In this document: in pieces, positions 18,550 through 27,973 of the stretch
Layout of the letters: each line of letters opens with the position of its first letter
Numbering within the stretch: the first letter of the stretch is position 1
Assembly: GCA_030431615.1 (NCBI GenBank)
Contig: JAUIID010000002.1
Span: 565-64,564, forward strand
Length of the DNA: 64,000 bases
Direction: 5' to 3'
Source of the DNA: Alphaproteobacteria bacterium
GTDB lineage: Bacteria > Pseudomonadota > Alphaproteobacteria > Geminicoccales > Geminicoccaceae
Position numbers and translations under genes: made by a program
Notes under the pieces: generated by a model
What the model was told of the DNA's origin: nothing
Seen by the model: only the letters and a program-made list of their open reading frames with translations
Databases searched by the model: none

Positions 18550-19326
18550 ATGAAGGTCGGAGTGATCGGCGGGGGTGGGGGCATTGCCGCCAGCCTCGAA
18601 GCCGCCGGCATCGCCGTGATCGGCTGTGCCGCCGGAGAAATCGCCGCCGACCCCGGCTTCGAGCTGGTCGATGCCTATGAGGGTTTCCTCGAGGCGCTCG
18701 ACTACCCGCGCCGCTATGTGCTGGACATGCCGCCCGGTGCCGCCGTCGATGCCGTCATCGACGTGGCGTATCAAACGATGGAGCCGGGCGACGTTGTGAT
18801 CGACGCGACGGCGAGCTACTGGGGCGACACGCTCCGCCGCTATCGCCGCATGCGCCACCGCTCGCTCTTCTACCAGGACGTCGCCCGCCTCGCCGTTCCG
18901 GACAGCGTCGTGCTCGTCGCCTCCGGCGACGCCAAGGGCCTGCCGCTGACCACGGACGTGCTCGAGGCCTGGGCGCGGCCCGGCAAGCTCCGGCCGGTCC
19001 CCGGCGCCGGCTTCGCCCACTACCTCGCCATGCTGGAAGCCGCGGCGACGACTGCCCGCCGCCAGCTCGCGGGCGAGCTCAACCAGCTCGTCGAGGCCTA
19101 TCCGGGCGAGGTGGACGAGGCTGCGAAGGCAGCGTTCTGCACCGAGCTCGGACCGTTCGACCTCGGCCGCGCCGGCTGGCTGCTCGACGATGCGGTGCGG
19201 CTCGAGGCGGCCGTGCCGCTCACTGCCCAGGCGGTGATGCTCGGTATCGGCGAGGCGCTCGAGGCGCACCGCAGCACCCCGCCGCCACCACGCGGCGCCT
19301 TCGTCCATCCCGACGACATTCTTTGA
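18550..19326 (+). CDS. 6-phosphogluconate-dehydrogenase-like protein (apparently degenerate)
   Basis: MKVGVIGGGGGIA and PRRYVLDMPPGAAVD...EPGDVVIDATASYW resemble Gnd-like (YqeC) proteins. The catalytic-loop equivalent reads GAGFAHYLAMLEAAA. Confidence 0.5.
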   Translation: MKVGVIGGGGGIAASLEAAGIAVIGCAAGEIAADPGFELVDAYEGFLEALDYPRRYVLDMPPGAAVDAVIDVAYQTMEPGDVVIDATASYWGDTLRRYRRMRHRSLFYQDVARLAVPDSVVLVASGDAKGLPLTTDVLEAWARPGKLRPVPGAGFAHYLAMLEAAATTARRQLAGELNQLVEAYPGEVDEAAKAAFCTELGPFDLGRAGWLLDDAVRLEAAVPLTAQAVMLGIGEALEAHRSTPPPPRGAFVHPDDIL

Positions 19327-19336
19327 AGGAAAAAAC

Positions 19337-20347
19337 ATGGATTACAGGAATCTCGGCCGTTCCGGCCTGCAGGTCTCGCCCCTGTGCCTCGGCACGATGA
19401 TGTTCGGCGGCCGGACCGATGCCAAAACCTCCAACCAGATCATCGACATGGCGCGCTCGGCCGGGATCAACTTCATCGACACCGCCGACGTCTACAATGG
19501 CGGCGAGAGCGAGCGGATCACCGGTGCCGCGATCGCCGGCGACCGGCATGGCTGGGTCCTCGCCACCAAGCTCGCCAACCCGATGGGCGATGGCCCGAAC
19601 AGTCGCGGGCTCAGCCGCAAGTGGGTCATCGAGGCCTGCGAGGCGAGCCTGCGTCGGCTCGGCACCGACTTCATCGACGTCTACTACCTCCACAAGGAGG
19701 ACCACCGCACGCCGCTCGACGAGACCGTCCGGGCGGTGGCCGACCTGATCCGCGCCGGAAAGGTCCGCTATCTCGGCCTCTCCAACTATCGCGCCTGGCG
19801 GATCGCCGAGATCTGCCGGCTGTGCGATGCCGCCGGCATCGACCGGCCGGCCGTGCTGCAGCCCTACTACAACATGCTGAACCGGCAGCCCGAGGTGGAG
19901 CTGCTACCGGCCGCCGGCCATTTCGGCCTCGGCGTGGCCCCCTACAGCCCGCTCGCCCGGGGCGTGCTCACCGCCAAGTACGATCCGGACGCCCCGCCAT
20001 CCGAGGACAGCCGGGCCGGCCGCCAGGACACGCGCATGATGCAGACGGAATGGCGCAAGGAGAGCCTGGTGATCGCAAGGAAGATCCAGGCCCATGCCGA
20101 GGCGAAGGGTTGCACGCCCGGCCAGTTCGCGGTCGCCTGGCTGCTCAACAACCGGCTGGTCACGAGCCCGATCGCCGGGCCCCGGACGATCGCCCAGTTC
20201 GAGGACTATCTGGGGGCGCTCGACGTCACCTTCACCGCCGAGGACGAGGCGCTGGTCGACAGCCTGGTGACGACGGGCCATGCCAGCACGCCGGGCTACA
20301 ACGACCCGGCCTATCCGATCGAGGGCCGCCGGCCGGTGGTCGGCTAG
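19337..20347 (+). CDS. aldo/keto reductase
   Basis: 336 aa. Motifs MDYRNLGRSGLQVSPLCLGTMMFG, INFIDTADVY and YYLHKED are typical of the AKR family. Confidence 0.92.
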   Translation: MDYRNLGRSGLQVSPLCLGTMMFGGRTDAKTSNQIIDMARSAGINFIDTADVYNGGESERITGAAIAGDRHGWVLATKLANPMGDGPNSRGLSRKWVIEACEASLRRLGTDFIDVYYLHKEDHRTPLDETVRAVADLIRAGKVRYLGLSNYRAWRIAEICRLCDAAGIDRPAVLQPYYNMLNRQPEVELLPAAGHFGLGVAPYSPLARGVLTAKYDPDAPPSEDSRAGRQDTRMMQTEWRKESLVIARKIQAHAEAKGCTPGQFAVAWLLNNRLVTSPIAGPRTIAQFEDYLGALDVTFTAEDEALVDSLVTTGHASTPGYNDPAYPIEGRRPVVG

Positions 20348-20357
20348 GTACCCGCCG

Positions 20358-21281
20358 ATGTCCCGCCGCCCCGTCCTCGTCACCGGTGCGCTCGGCCTGA
20401 TCGGGAATGCCGCCCGGGTGGCGCTCGAGGATGCGGTCCGGCCGGTCGTCGCGATCGATCGCGACGCGGGCGAGGTGGCGGGGCGGGCGGTGCTCGCCGG
20501 CGACGTCACCGCCGTGCACCGGCTGCATGCCCTGGCCCTGGAGCATGGCGGCTTCGACGGCATCCTGCATTGCGGGGCGTTCTCCGGGCCGATGGTGGCG
20601 GCCGACGATCCGGCGGCCATGGTCGCCGTCAACATCACCGGCACCGCCAACATGCTGGAGCTGGCGCGGCTCCACCGGGTGCGGCGCCTCGTCTTCTGCT
20701 CGTCGGTCAGCGCCTATGGCAACACGCCCGACGGGCTGGACCCGGTGCCCGAGGCGACGCCCTTGCACCCGACCAGCGTCTATGGCGCCAGCAAGGCCGC
20801 GGGCGAGGCGCTGGTCGACGGCTACGCCGCGCAGTTCGGCGTCGACAGCCTCGCCTTGCGGATCGGCTGGGTCTATGGCCCGCGCCGGACGACCGCCTGC
20901 GCCATTCGCGACATGCTGCAGCACGCCCGGGCGGGGCAGGCCTTCCATCTGCCCTTCGGCGCTGACCACCACCGCCAGTACGTGCATGTGGACGACGTGG
21001 CCCGGGCGCTCGTCCTGGCGCTCGACGCCGAGCGGCCGGGCCAGCGCGCCTACAACATCAATGGCGGGACCTGCGTGACGCTCGGCGAGATCGCCTGCCT
21101 GATCGGCCGGATCGTGCCGGGCGCCGCCCTGACGCTCGGGCCCGGCCCGGACCCGGTCGACGATCGCCAGGCGCAGTTCGATCTCCGCGCCGCCGAGTCC
21201 GACCTCGGTTTCCGCCCTTCGATCGGGCTCGAGGAGGGGATCCGGCGCTATGCCGCCTGGCTTGGCGACACGGATGGCTGA
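20358..21281 (+). CDS. NAD-dependent epimerase/dehydratase family protein
   Basis: Internal ATG. VLVTGALGLIGN Rossmann motif and YGASKAAGE catalytic YxxxK. Confidence 0.88.
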   Translation: MSRRPVLVTGALGLIGNAARVALEDAVRPVVAIDRDAGEVAGRAVLAGDVTAVHRLHALALEHGGFDGILHCGAFSGPMVAADDPAAMVAVNITGTANMLELARLHRVRRLVFCSSVSAYGNTPDGLDPVPEATPLHPTSVYGASKAAGEALVDGYAAQFGVDSLALRIGWVYGPRRTTACAIRDMLQHARAGQAFHLPFGADHHRQYVHVDDVARALVLALDAERPGQRAYNINGGTCVTLGEIACLIGRIVPGAALTLGPGPDPVDDRQAQFDLRAAESDLGFRPSIGLEEGIRRYAAWLGDTDG

Positions 21282-21981
21282 GCTGCGCCGTCGTGCCCTG
21301 CTCCTCGGCCTGGCGTTCGGCGCCGCGGCGCTGGCTGCGCCGGCGATGGCCACGCCGAGCCGGGCCCCGCTCGCCGCGCTCGACCTCGGTGCCGGCCTGC
21401 GCGAGGCCCTGGTCCTGGCGGGCGACGTGGCGATCGCGCGCCTCGGCCTGCCGGGCGGCTTCGCCGACGATCCGATCGTGCGCATCCGCCTGCCGGGCGG
21501 GCTGGACCGGGTGCGGGAAGGCCTGGTCGAGGCCGGGCTCGGGCCGCTCGTCCAGGATCTAGAGACCCGCATGAACAGCGCGGCCGAATCGGTCATGCCG
21601 GCGACGCGCCCGCTGCTGAAGGCAGCCGCCCGGGGCCTCGCCATCGAGGACGCGGAGGACATCCTGGCCGGCGAGGACGACGCCGCGACCCGCCTGCTCG
21701 AGAGCGAGACGGCGAGCGAGCTCGCCGACGAGATCAAGCCCGTGGTCGTCGCAGCCCTGGTCGCCACCGGGGCCGATGCCGCCTTCGACGCCTTCGTCGC
21801 CGAGTACTCGCGCCTGCCGCTGATGCCGAGCATCGCCGGACAGCTCACCACTCACGTGGTCAATTTCAGCCTCGCCGGGCTCTTCCTCTACATGGGCGAG
21901 CAGGAGCGCGCGATCCGCCGCGATTCATCCGCCCGCACGACGCAACTCCTGCAGGCCGTCTTCGGCGCCAGCCGCGGCTGA
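21274..21981 (+). CDS. DUF4197 domain protein (secreted)
   Basis: ATG overlaps the previous gene by 8 nt. Tat/Sec-like signal RRRALLLGLAFGAAALAAPA. The C-terminal ...ERAIRRDSSARTTQLLQAVFG matches the remembered DUF4197 signature. Confidence 0.7.
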   Translation: MAELRRRALLLGLAFGAAALAAPAMATPSRAPLAALDLGAGLREALVLAGDVAIARLGLPGGFADDPIVRIRLPGGLDRVREGLVEAGLGPLVQDLETRMNSAAESVMPATRPLLKAAARGLAIEDAEDILAGEDDAATRLLESETASELADEIKPVVVAALVATGADAAFDAFVAEYSRLPLMPSIAGQLTTHVVNFSLAGLFLYMGEQERAIRRDSSARTTQLLQAVFGASRG

Positions 21982-22009
21982 GCACCTCGACTGCTCTCAC
22001 GAGAAAGTC

Positions 22010-23977
22010 CTAGGGCCCGAGCGAGGCGCGCAGGGCCGCCAGGTCGGGTTGGCCGGGGTTGCTGGCGAGCGCATCGTCGAGAACGCCCCGGGCGCCGGCC
22101 GTGTCGCCGAAGGCGTCGCGAATGCGGGCGATCATGATCCAGCCGTCCACCAGTTGCGGGTCGAGCTCGACGGCTTCCCTGAAGGCCGCTTCGGCGAGCG
22201 GGAAGTTGCGGCCGACGAGGGCGGTGCCGGCGATCTGCAGGTTGGTCTCCGGGAAGTCGCGTCGGCTCGCCAGCGACCGGTGCCACTCGTCGGTCGCCCC
22301 GGCGAGCGACGCCCGCATGGCGTCCGAGCCATGGGAGGCATCGGCGCCGAGCATCGCTTTGGCCGCAGCGATGCGCACCGCCCGGCTCGGGTCAGCGAGC
22401 AGCGGGGCCAGGCGGTCGAGCCGTGCCTCGGGGGCGAGGCCGCGCTGCAGTCCCGCCGCGGCGCCGCGGACCAGCGGGTCGGGATCGGCGAGGAGTGGCG
22501 CTGTCCGGTCGGGAATGGTCGGGTCGGTCACCGGCTCGAGGAGTTCGAGCGCCGTGGCACGGACGATGCCGGCGAGGTCGGTGCTGCCGGCGAGCGCGAT
22601 CAGCGCCTCTGACTGAGCCGCGGGATCGCGGCGAGCGGCGGCGAAGGTGGTGGAGAAATGAGGGCCGCGGTGCGTGCTTTCGGGGAAGCGCTTCGCAATT
22701 TCCGCCGCGGCCCATGCCGGCTCGCGGCCCTCATGGCAGGAGGTGCAGGTGTCGGGCGCCCCGTTGATGGCATACAGGTCCGGGCGCGGGATCCGAAAGC
22801 CGTGGTCGCGGCGGCCGTCGACGCCCATGTAGATCTTCTCTGGCATGTGGCAGGCGCTGCACTCTGCGCCCTTCGAGCCCGGCTCGTGGAAGTGGTGGCT
22901 CGGGTCATCGTAGGCGGCCTTGCGGAGCGTCGGGAAACGGTCGTTGCCGGCGGGCGAGTGGCACTGGGTGCAGACGTCGTTGCCCTCGGCCCGGAGCTTC
23001 GTACCGTGCGGCTCGTGGCAGTCGCTGCAGCGGACACCCTCGGCGTACATCCGGGATTGAAGGAAGGAGCCGTAGACGTAGACCTCGGCGTCGATCTGGC
23101 CGTCCGCGTGGTATTGCCCCTGGCGCAGCAGCGCCGGGGCATAGGCGTCGAGATAGGGCGTGCCGGGCAGGGGGTTGCCATCGAAGAAGGTCTCACGCAG
23201 CGAGTGGCATCCGGCGCATTGCTGGATTTGGGCTTCTGCCGAAGCGGCGAGGTCGAGGGTGAAGCCATGCGGCGTCAACCCCGGCCAGGCCTCGGTGTCG
23301 TGGGTGGAAGGTGCGGCAGCCCAGGCATTGTGGGCCTCGCCGGGGCCGTGGCAGGCCTCGCAGCCGACGCCGATCTCGGCCACGGACGGGGCGTAGGTTC
23401 GGCTGGTGGCATCATAGTTGCGGCTGAAGCCGGTGGCGTGGCACTCGGCGCAGCGCGCCTCCCAGCTCTTGTAGGGGCCGGTCCAGTGCATCCCGTCGCC
23501 CGGCGGCAATGACTGGCCGGGATAGAGATCGAACCACTCCCGGCGCACGGTGTCCCAGGCGAGGTCGAAGGCCTGGGTCCTGCCGGGCTCCGGCGAGAGC
23601 AGATACTGCTGCAGCGGGTGGATGCCGGCGACGCCGACCACGTCGAAGCCGCGCCGCTGGCCACGGTCGTCCTCGGTCTCGACGACGAAGGCGTCGCCAC
23701 GGCGGGTGAAGCGTGTGACCACGCCTTGCCGATCGAAGGTGGCGTCGTCGAAGTCGCCGAGCACGGTCTGCTCGTCGGGCCCGGTCCAGGCGAGCGCATG
23801 GCCGGAGCCTTTCCAGGCTTCGGCCGCGTCTTCGTGGCAGGCGATGCAGCTCGCCGATCCGACATAATGCGGTGTCGGTGTCATCGGCGCGGCAGCCGCG
23901 GCGCAGCTCCAGGCGACCAGCAGGGCGTGGACAGCTGCGAGCGGCACGAGGCGAGGCTGGCGGCGGATATCGGGCAT
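22010..23977 (-). CDS. octaheme c-type cytochrome with C-terminal HEAT/TPR-like repeats
   Basis: 655 aa with a signal peptide. Eight CxxCH motifs: CIACH, CAECH, CEACH, CAGCH, CSDCH, CTQCH, CSACH, CTSCH. The N-terminal GSASCIACHEDAAEAWKGSGHA is cytochrome c554-like. The last ~230 aa are Ala/Leu/Asp-rich helical repeats. Confidence 0.85.
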   Translation of the reverse strand: MPDIRRQPRLVPLAAVHALLVAWSCAAAAAPMTPTPHYVGSASCIACHEDAAEAWKGSGHALAWTGPDEQTVLGDFDDATFDRQGVVTRFTRRGDAFVVETEDDRGQRRGFDVVGVAGIHPLQQYLLSPEPGRTQAFDLAWDTVRREWFDLYPGQSLPPGDGMHWTGPYKSWEARCAECHATGFSRNYDATSRTYAPSVAEIGVGCEACHGPGEAHNAWAAAPSTHDTEAWPGLTPHGFTLDLAASAEAQIQQCAGCHSLRETFFDGNPLPGTPYLDAYAPALLRQGQYHADGQIDAEVYVYGSFLQSRMYAEGVRCSDCHEPHGTKLRAEGNDVCTQCHSPAGNDRFPTLRKAAYDDPSHHFHEPGSKGAECSACHMPEKIYMGVDGRRDHGFRIPRPDLYAINGAPDTCTSCHEGREPAWAAAEIAKRFPESTHRGPHFSTTFAAARRDPAAQSEALIALAGSTDLAGIVRATALELLEPVTDPTIPDRTAPLLADPDPLVRGAAAGLQRGLAPEARLDRLAPLLADPSRAVRIAAAKAMLGADASHGSDAMRASLAGATDEWHRSLASRRDFPETNLQIAGTALVGRNFPLAEAAFREAVELDPQLVDGWIMIARIRDAFGDTAGARGVLDDALASNPGQPDLAALRASLGP

Positions 23978-24106
23978 GAGCGTCCTTCACCGGCGGCACG
24001 CCGGACGAGCCGAGCCGAGCCTAGGTGCTCGTCAGGAAAATGCCCAGACGTTCGCGCGTGCCGAGCCGTTAACGCCAGCGCCCTCGTCGCCTCCAGCGAC
24101 GCGGCT

Positions 24107-24787
24107 CTAGCGATACATGCCGGCGAAGCGGGTGGCGAAGTCGGCCGGCAGCGGGCCGAACTCGTTGTGGCGGCGCATGAATCGCCAGTGCTGCTCGCGC
24201 CACTGGTAGGCCGGGAAGCCGGAGCGGATGCAGCCCTTGAGCGACGGCATGTTGTCCACCTCGACGAAGGTGTGGACGTAGCGGGCGCCGAGCTTGCCCG
24301 CCTCCAGGGCGATCCGCGCCATGGCCGCCGGCATGACGCCCTTGCCGCGGAAGGCGGCCGGCGTGAAGGCGCCCTCCACCAGGGATTCGTCCGGTCCGAG
24401 CTCGGGGAAGGTGCCGCCGAAATAGGCGCGCAGGCCGGCATTGTCGGCGGGCAGGAAGATCCATTGCACGAAGCACGGCCGGCCGTCGGGCGCGATGGCG
24501 GCGAAGCACCGGCCGAGACCGTTCATCCAGAGCCGCAGCCGTGCGGTCCGCTCCCAGCGCTCGAGGACATCCAGCGTCGGGTCGTCGTCGCCGAGGATGG
24601 CCGGTGCGTCGGCCTGGGTCAGCTGGCGGATCACCACGGGAATCTTCGCGTCGGGTGCCGTGAACGGCTCCTCCAGGTCGCGCCTGAAGCCGATCGCCGA
24701 AACGTCCGCCCAGAGCCGCGTCCTGAGCCGCCGGGCGAGCTGCCCGCGCACACCTGGCTTCAGCACCTGGCGGGCAAAGGCCAGCAT
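24107..24787 (-). CDS. GNAT family N-acetyltransferase
   Basis: 226 aa from an internal ATG. ...AFRGKGVMPAAMARIALEAGKLGARY.. is the acetyl-CoA-binding Q/RxxGxG/A region. Confidence 0.7.
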   Translation of the reverse strand: MLAFARQVLKPGVRGQLARRLRTRLWADVSAIGFRRDLEEPFTAPDAKIPVVIRQLTQADAPAILGDDDPTLDVLERWERTARLRLWMNGLGRCFAAIAPDGRPCFVQWIFLPADNAGLRAYFGGTFPELGPDESLVEGAFTPAAFRGKGVMPAAMARIALEAGKLGARYVHTFVEVDNMPSLKGCIRSGFPAYQWREQHWRFMRRHNEFGPLPADFATRFAGMYR

Positions 24788-24983
24788 GGAGGGGCCGGCG
24801 GGTTGGAAGACAGGCTGGCTGGTCTGGTGTGACACGTGACGCACTCCCCTGGCAGCCGACTGGTCACCTCGGCATGCGGAAGCGTACGCTGGTCGATTCT
24901 GTGAAACCACGCCGTCGGCAGTCTTCGGGCACGATGATACGCACGCCCCTCAACCATGCGATCGGCCGCCATCGGCGGTGCCG

Positions 24984-25601
24984 TCACTCGTCGGGATAGG
25001 CGGTCGCCGCCCAGCGGCGCCTGGGGCCCGATGCGCCGGGGTCGTCGAGAATGCCGAGCTGGTTGCCCCAGGCGTCCCAGCCGGGGCGGGTCTGGCGGGC
25101 GAAGAGCTCGAGATAGGGGCCGGCCGCCAGCCGCTCGATGGCGTCGTAGGCCTCGTCGGGCTTGCGGCTGTGCTCGCGCCGCGGGCTGACGATCAGCTTC
25201 GGCACGGCGGCCGAGCGCCGCTTCGGCTTGCCGCGAGTGGCGAGCAGGCAGAGCTCGGGATTGGCCCGCGTCCAGAAGCCCATGCCGGTGAAGAAGCTCT
25301 TGCGGTCGAAGACCAGCGTGCCCGCCGACTTGTTGAGCTTCACCCAGTAGAAGCCGACCGTCTTGTAGGTGAAGCCCCAGGCCTCGATCACCTCGAAGGC
25401 CCGGTGCAGCAGGGGATCGGTGGCCCACATCAGGAGGATGGCATCGTCCGCCGCCTGGTCCAGGACCGGCAGCCGCTTGATGTCGGCGAGGCTCATGCAG
25501 TCGTACCAGGCCTCGGCGCTGCGCCCCTTGCCCTTGCGCGAGTAGGTCGCGAAGGTCCAGGGCGGATCGGCATAGAGCACGGCGTAGCGCGGGTCGGCCA
25601 T
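24984..25601 (-). CDS. MT-A70 family DNA N6-adenine methyltransferase
   Basis: 205 aa starting MADPRYAVLYADPPWTF (DPPW catalytic motif), then LLMWAT, GFTYKT..FYWVK and REHSRKPDE. The 590-aa upstream ORF extension is rejected. Confidence 0.85.
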   Translation of the reverse strand: MADPRYAVLYADPPWTFATYSRKGKGRSAEAWYDCMSLADIKRLPVLDQAADDAILLMWATDPLLHRAFEVIEAWGFTYKTVGFYWVKLNKSAGTLVFDRKSFFTGMGFWTRANPELCLLATRGKPKRRSAAVPKLIVSPRREHSRKPDEAYDAIERLAAGPYLELFARQTRPGWDAWGNQLGILDDPGASGPRRRWAATAYPDE

Positions 25602-25871
25602 GGGCCTCGATAGCCGGTGCGACCGGCAAGGGGAAGCGTCGCGGCCGGCGGCCGGCTCCGGCCATGCGCAAATGAGCCGCAGCGGGCCCAGAGAAGCGAT
25701 GCTGGCGGGATGAGCTGTCGCCTGTCTATAAGTGCATGACAGGTATGCGAGTCGAGCATGACCCGAGCCTCCGACCGGAAGGTGGCCCAAGGGGCCGTGC
25801 GTCGCCTTGCCATGCCGGAAATTGCCCTCGCCCCCGAGGACGGGCAGGGCCACAGAAACGGGAGTGCAAAG

Positions 25872-26915
25872 ATGTCGAAGTTCACGAGGGGCCTCGGGGC
25901 CGCGACGCTGGCCCTGGCGCTCGGCTCGCCGGCTCTGGCGGAGATCGACTCGCTCAATTGGGACATGCAGTCGACCTATCCGGGCTCGCTCACCCAGCTC
26001 GGCACGCTGGGCAAGGAGATCGAGACGCGGCTCGCGGCCGTCTCCGGCGGCGAGATCCAGGTCAAGTTCCAGGAGCCCGGCGCCATCGTCCCGGCGCTGG
26101 AGGCGTTCGACGCCGTGTCCTCGGGTGCTGTTCAGGCCGGCTGGTCGACGCCCGGCTACTGGACCGGCAAGGATACGGCGCTTGCCCTCTTCGCCGCCGT
26201 GCCGTTCGGCCCGAGCGCCGGCGAATATTACGCCTGGATGAAGTTCGGCGGCGGCCAGGAGCTCATGGACGAGATCTATGGCACCTACAACATCAAGTCG
26301 CTGATCTGTGCCGTCATAGCACCCGAGGCGTCGGGCTGGTTCCGCAAGGAGATCACCAGCGTCGACGACCTGCGTGGCCTCAAGATGCGCTTCTTCGGCC
26401 TGGGTGCCCGGGCGATGGAGAAGCTCGGCGTCTCCACGCAGCTCCTCGCCGGCGGCGACATCTTCCCGGCACTCGAGCTCGGGACGATCGACGCCACCGA
26501 ATTCTCGATGCCGGCGATCGACTACAATCTCGGCTTCTACCAGGTCGCCAAGCACTACTACTTCCCCGGCTGGCACCAGCAGTCGACCCTGTTCGACCTG
26601 ATGATGAACAAGGACGAGTGGGAAGCGCTCTCCGACCAGACCAAGGCGATCTTCGAGACGGTCTGCGAGGCCAACGTCGCCTACGGCCTGGCCGAAGGCG
26701 AGGCCATCCAGGCCGAGGCGCTGCAGAAGATCGAGGCCGAAGGCGTGACCATCCATACCTGGCCGCCGGAAATCCTCGACGCCATGCGCGCCGCCTGGGA
26801 AGAGGTCGTGGCGGAAGAGACTGCGGGCAACCCGAACTTCGCGAAGGTGTGGGAATCGCTGAGCCAGTTCCGCGAGAGCTACGCCAAGTGGAAGGCAATC
26901 GGCTACCTCGACTGA
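25872..26915 (+). CDS. TRAP transporter substrate-binding protein (DctP family)
   Basis: 347 aa with signal peptide ...ALALGSPALA. Motifs AFDAVSSGAVQAGW, APEASGWFRKEI and KHYYFPGW. Confidence 0.88.
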   Translation: MSKFTRGLGAATLALALGSPALAEIDSLNWDMQSTYPGSLTQLGTLGKEIETRLAAVSGGEIQVKFQEPGAIVPALEAFDAVSSGAVQAGWSTPGYWTGKDTALALFAAVPFGPSAGEYYAWMKFGGGQELMDEIYGTYNIKSLICAVIAPEASGWFRKEITSVDDLRGLKMRFFGLGARAMEKLGVSTQLLAGGDIFPALELGTIDATEFSMPAIDYNLGFYQVAKHYYFPGWHQQSTLFDLMMNKDEWEALSDQTKAIFETVCEANVAYGLAEGEAIQAEALQKIEAEGVTIHTWPPEILDAMRAAWEEVVAEETAGNPNFAKVWESLSQFRESYAKWKAIGYLD

Positions 26916-26994
26916 TCTGCACGGCGCGGCCGGCCGGTTGCCGGCCGCGCCACCCCCTGGCCCTCACCCTCACGGCACAGCCGGACAACCCAGC

Positions 26995-27960
26995 ATGAGC
27001 CTGGCCAACGGTCTTCTGGCACTGAGCGTCGTCCTTTCGGCGGCTGCGGCGGCCGTGGGCGACATGGCCGGCTATGCCATCGTCCTGGCGTTCATCCTCG
27101 CCTGCGCCGGCTGCCTCATGGGCGGTCGCGGCTTTCCGGCACTCTTCGCCATGCTGCTCGCCGTCTCGCTCTTCTTCCTGGAGGAGACCGGGGCGACGGC
27201 GCTCCTCGAGGCCCTCGGCGCCAACCCGACCCGCTTCATGCGCGACTGGTCGGCCTGGCTGAACATCCTCTTCGCGATCCTGCTCGCGGCGATCTTCATC
27301 GCCGGCCTGCGCCGCCGCGGTCCGACCGGCAGCCACGCCGCGGTCGAGACCGCCGACGACATCGAGCAGGTCGTCAACGGCATCGGGCGGATCGCCGCCT
27401 TCCTCTTCGTGCCGATGATGGTGATCATCTTCTACGACGTGTCGCAGCGGAAGATCCTCGATTTCTCCGGCGAGTTCGTCGATTCGATCTTCTACTTCTC
27501 CTCGACCAAGCTGCAGGAGCTCGAATGGCACCTGCACGCGGCCCTCTTCCTCTTCTGCCTCGGCTTCGCCTACGTCCAGGATGCGCATGTCCGCATCGAG
27601 CTGGTGCGCGACCGGCTGAGCCCCCGGGCCCGCGTCTGGCTCGAGCTTCTGGGCGCCATGCTCTTCCTCTTCGCCTATTGCGTGGTCATCGTGAAGTTCG
27701 GCTTCTCCTTCGCCGAGCGCGCCTGGAGCACGAGCGAGATCTCGTCGGCGCAGACCGGCCTCAGCCACCGCTGGATCATCAAGGCGCTCCTGCCGGTCGG
27801 CTTCATCATCCTGGGTGCGAGCGGCATTGCCGCCGCGTTGCGCTGCGTCGTCTACCTCTTCGGCCCCGAGGAGCTGCGGCCGCGTACCGATCGCTATGCC
27901 GGCACCCACCATGCCGACATGCCGAGCGATCTGCGCGAGCGCGGCCCGGTCACGGACTGA
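26995..27960 (+). CDS. TRAP transporter small permease (DctQ domain) with a long N-terminal membrane extension
   Basis: 321 aa. The DctQ-like core starts near aa 135 (IEQVVNGIGRIAAFLFVPMMVIIFYDV..). The preceding ~130 aa are hydrophobic and have GC-rich third codon positions. Confidence 0.8.
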   Translation: MSLANGLLALSVVLSAAAAAVGDMAGYAIVLAFILACAGCLMGGRGFPALFAMLLAVSLFFLEETGATALLEALGANPTRFMRDWSAWLNILFAILLAAIFIAGLRRRGPTGSHAAVETADDIEQVVNGIGRIAAFLFVPMMVIIFYDVSQRKILDFSGEFVDSIFYFSSTKLQELEWHLHAALFLFCLGFAYVQDAHVRIELVRDRLSPRARVWLELLGAMLFLFAYCVVIVKFGFSFAERAWSTSEISSAQTGLSHRWIIKALLPVGFIILGASGIAAALRCVVYLFGPEELRPRTDRYAGTHHADMPSDLRERGPVTD

Positions 27961-27973
27961 CGGAGCCTAGCCC

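Noticed and set aside
24984-26756. 590-aa ORF that would extend the MT-A70 methyltransferase far upstream, across the TRAP substrate-binding protein gene on the opposite strand.
   Set aside because: Only the last 205 aa (from MADPRYAVLYADPPW) look like a methyltransferase. The upstream part is low-complexity and antisense to a well-supported TRAP gene.
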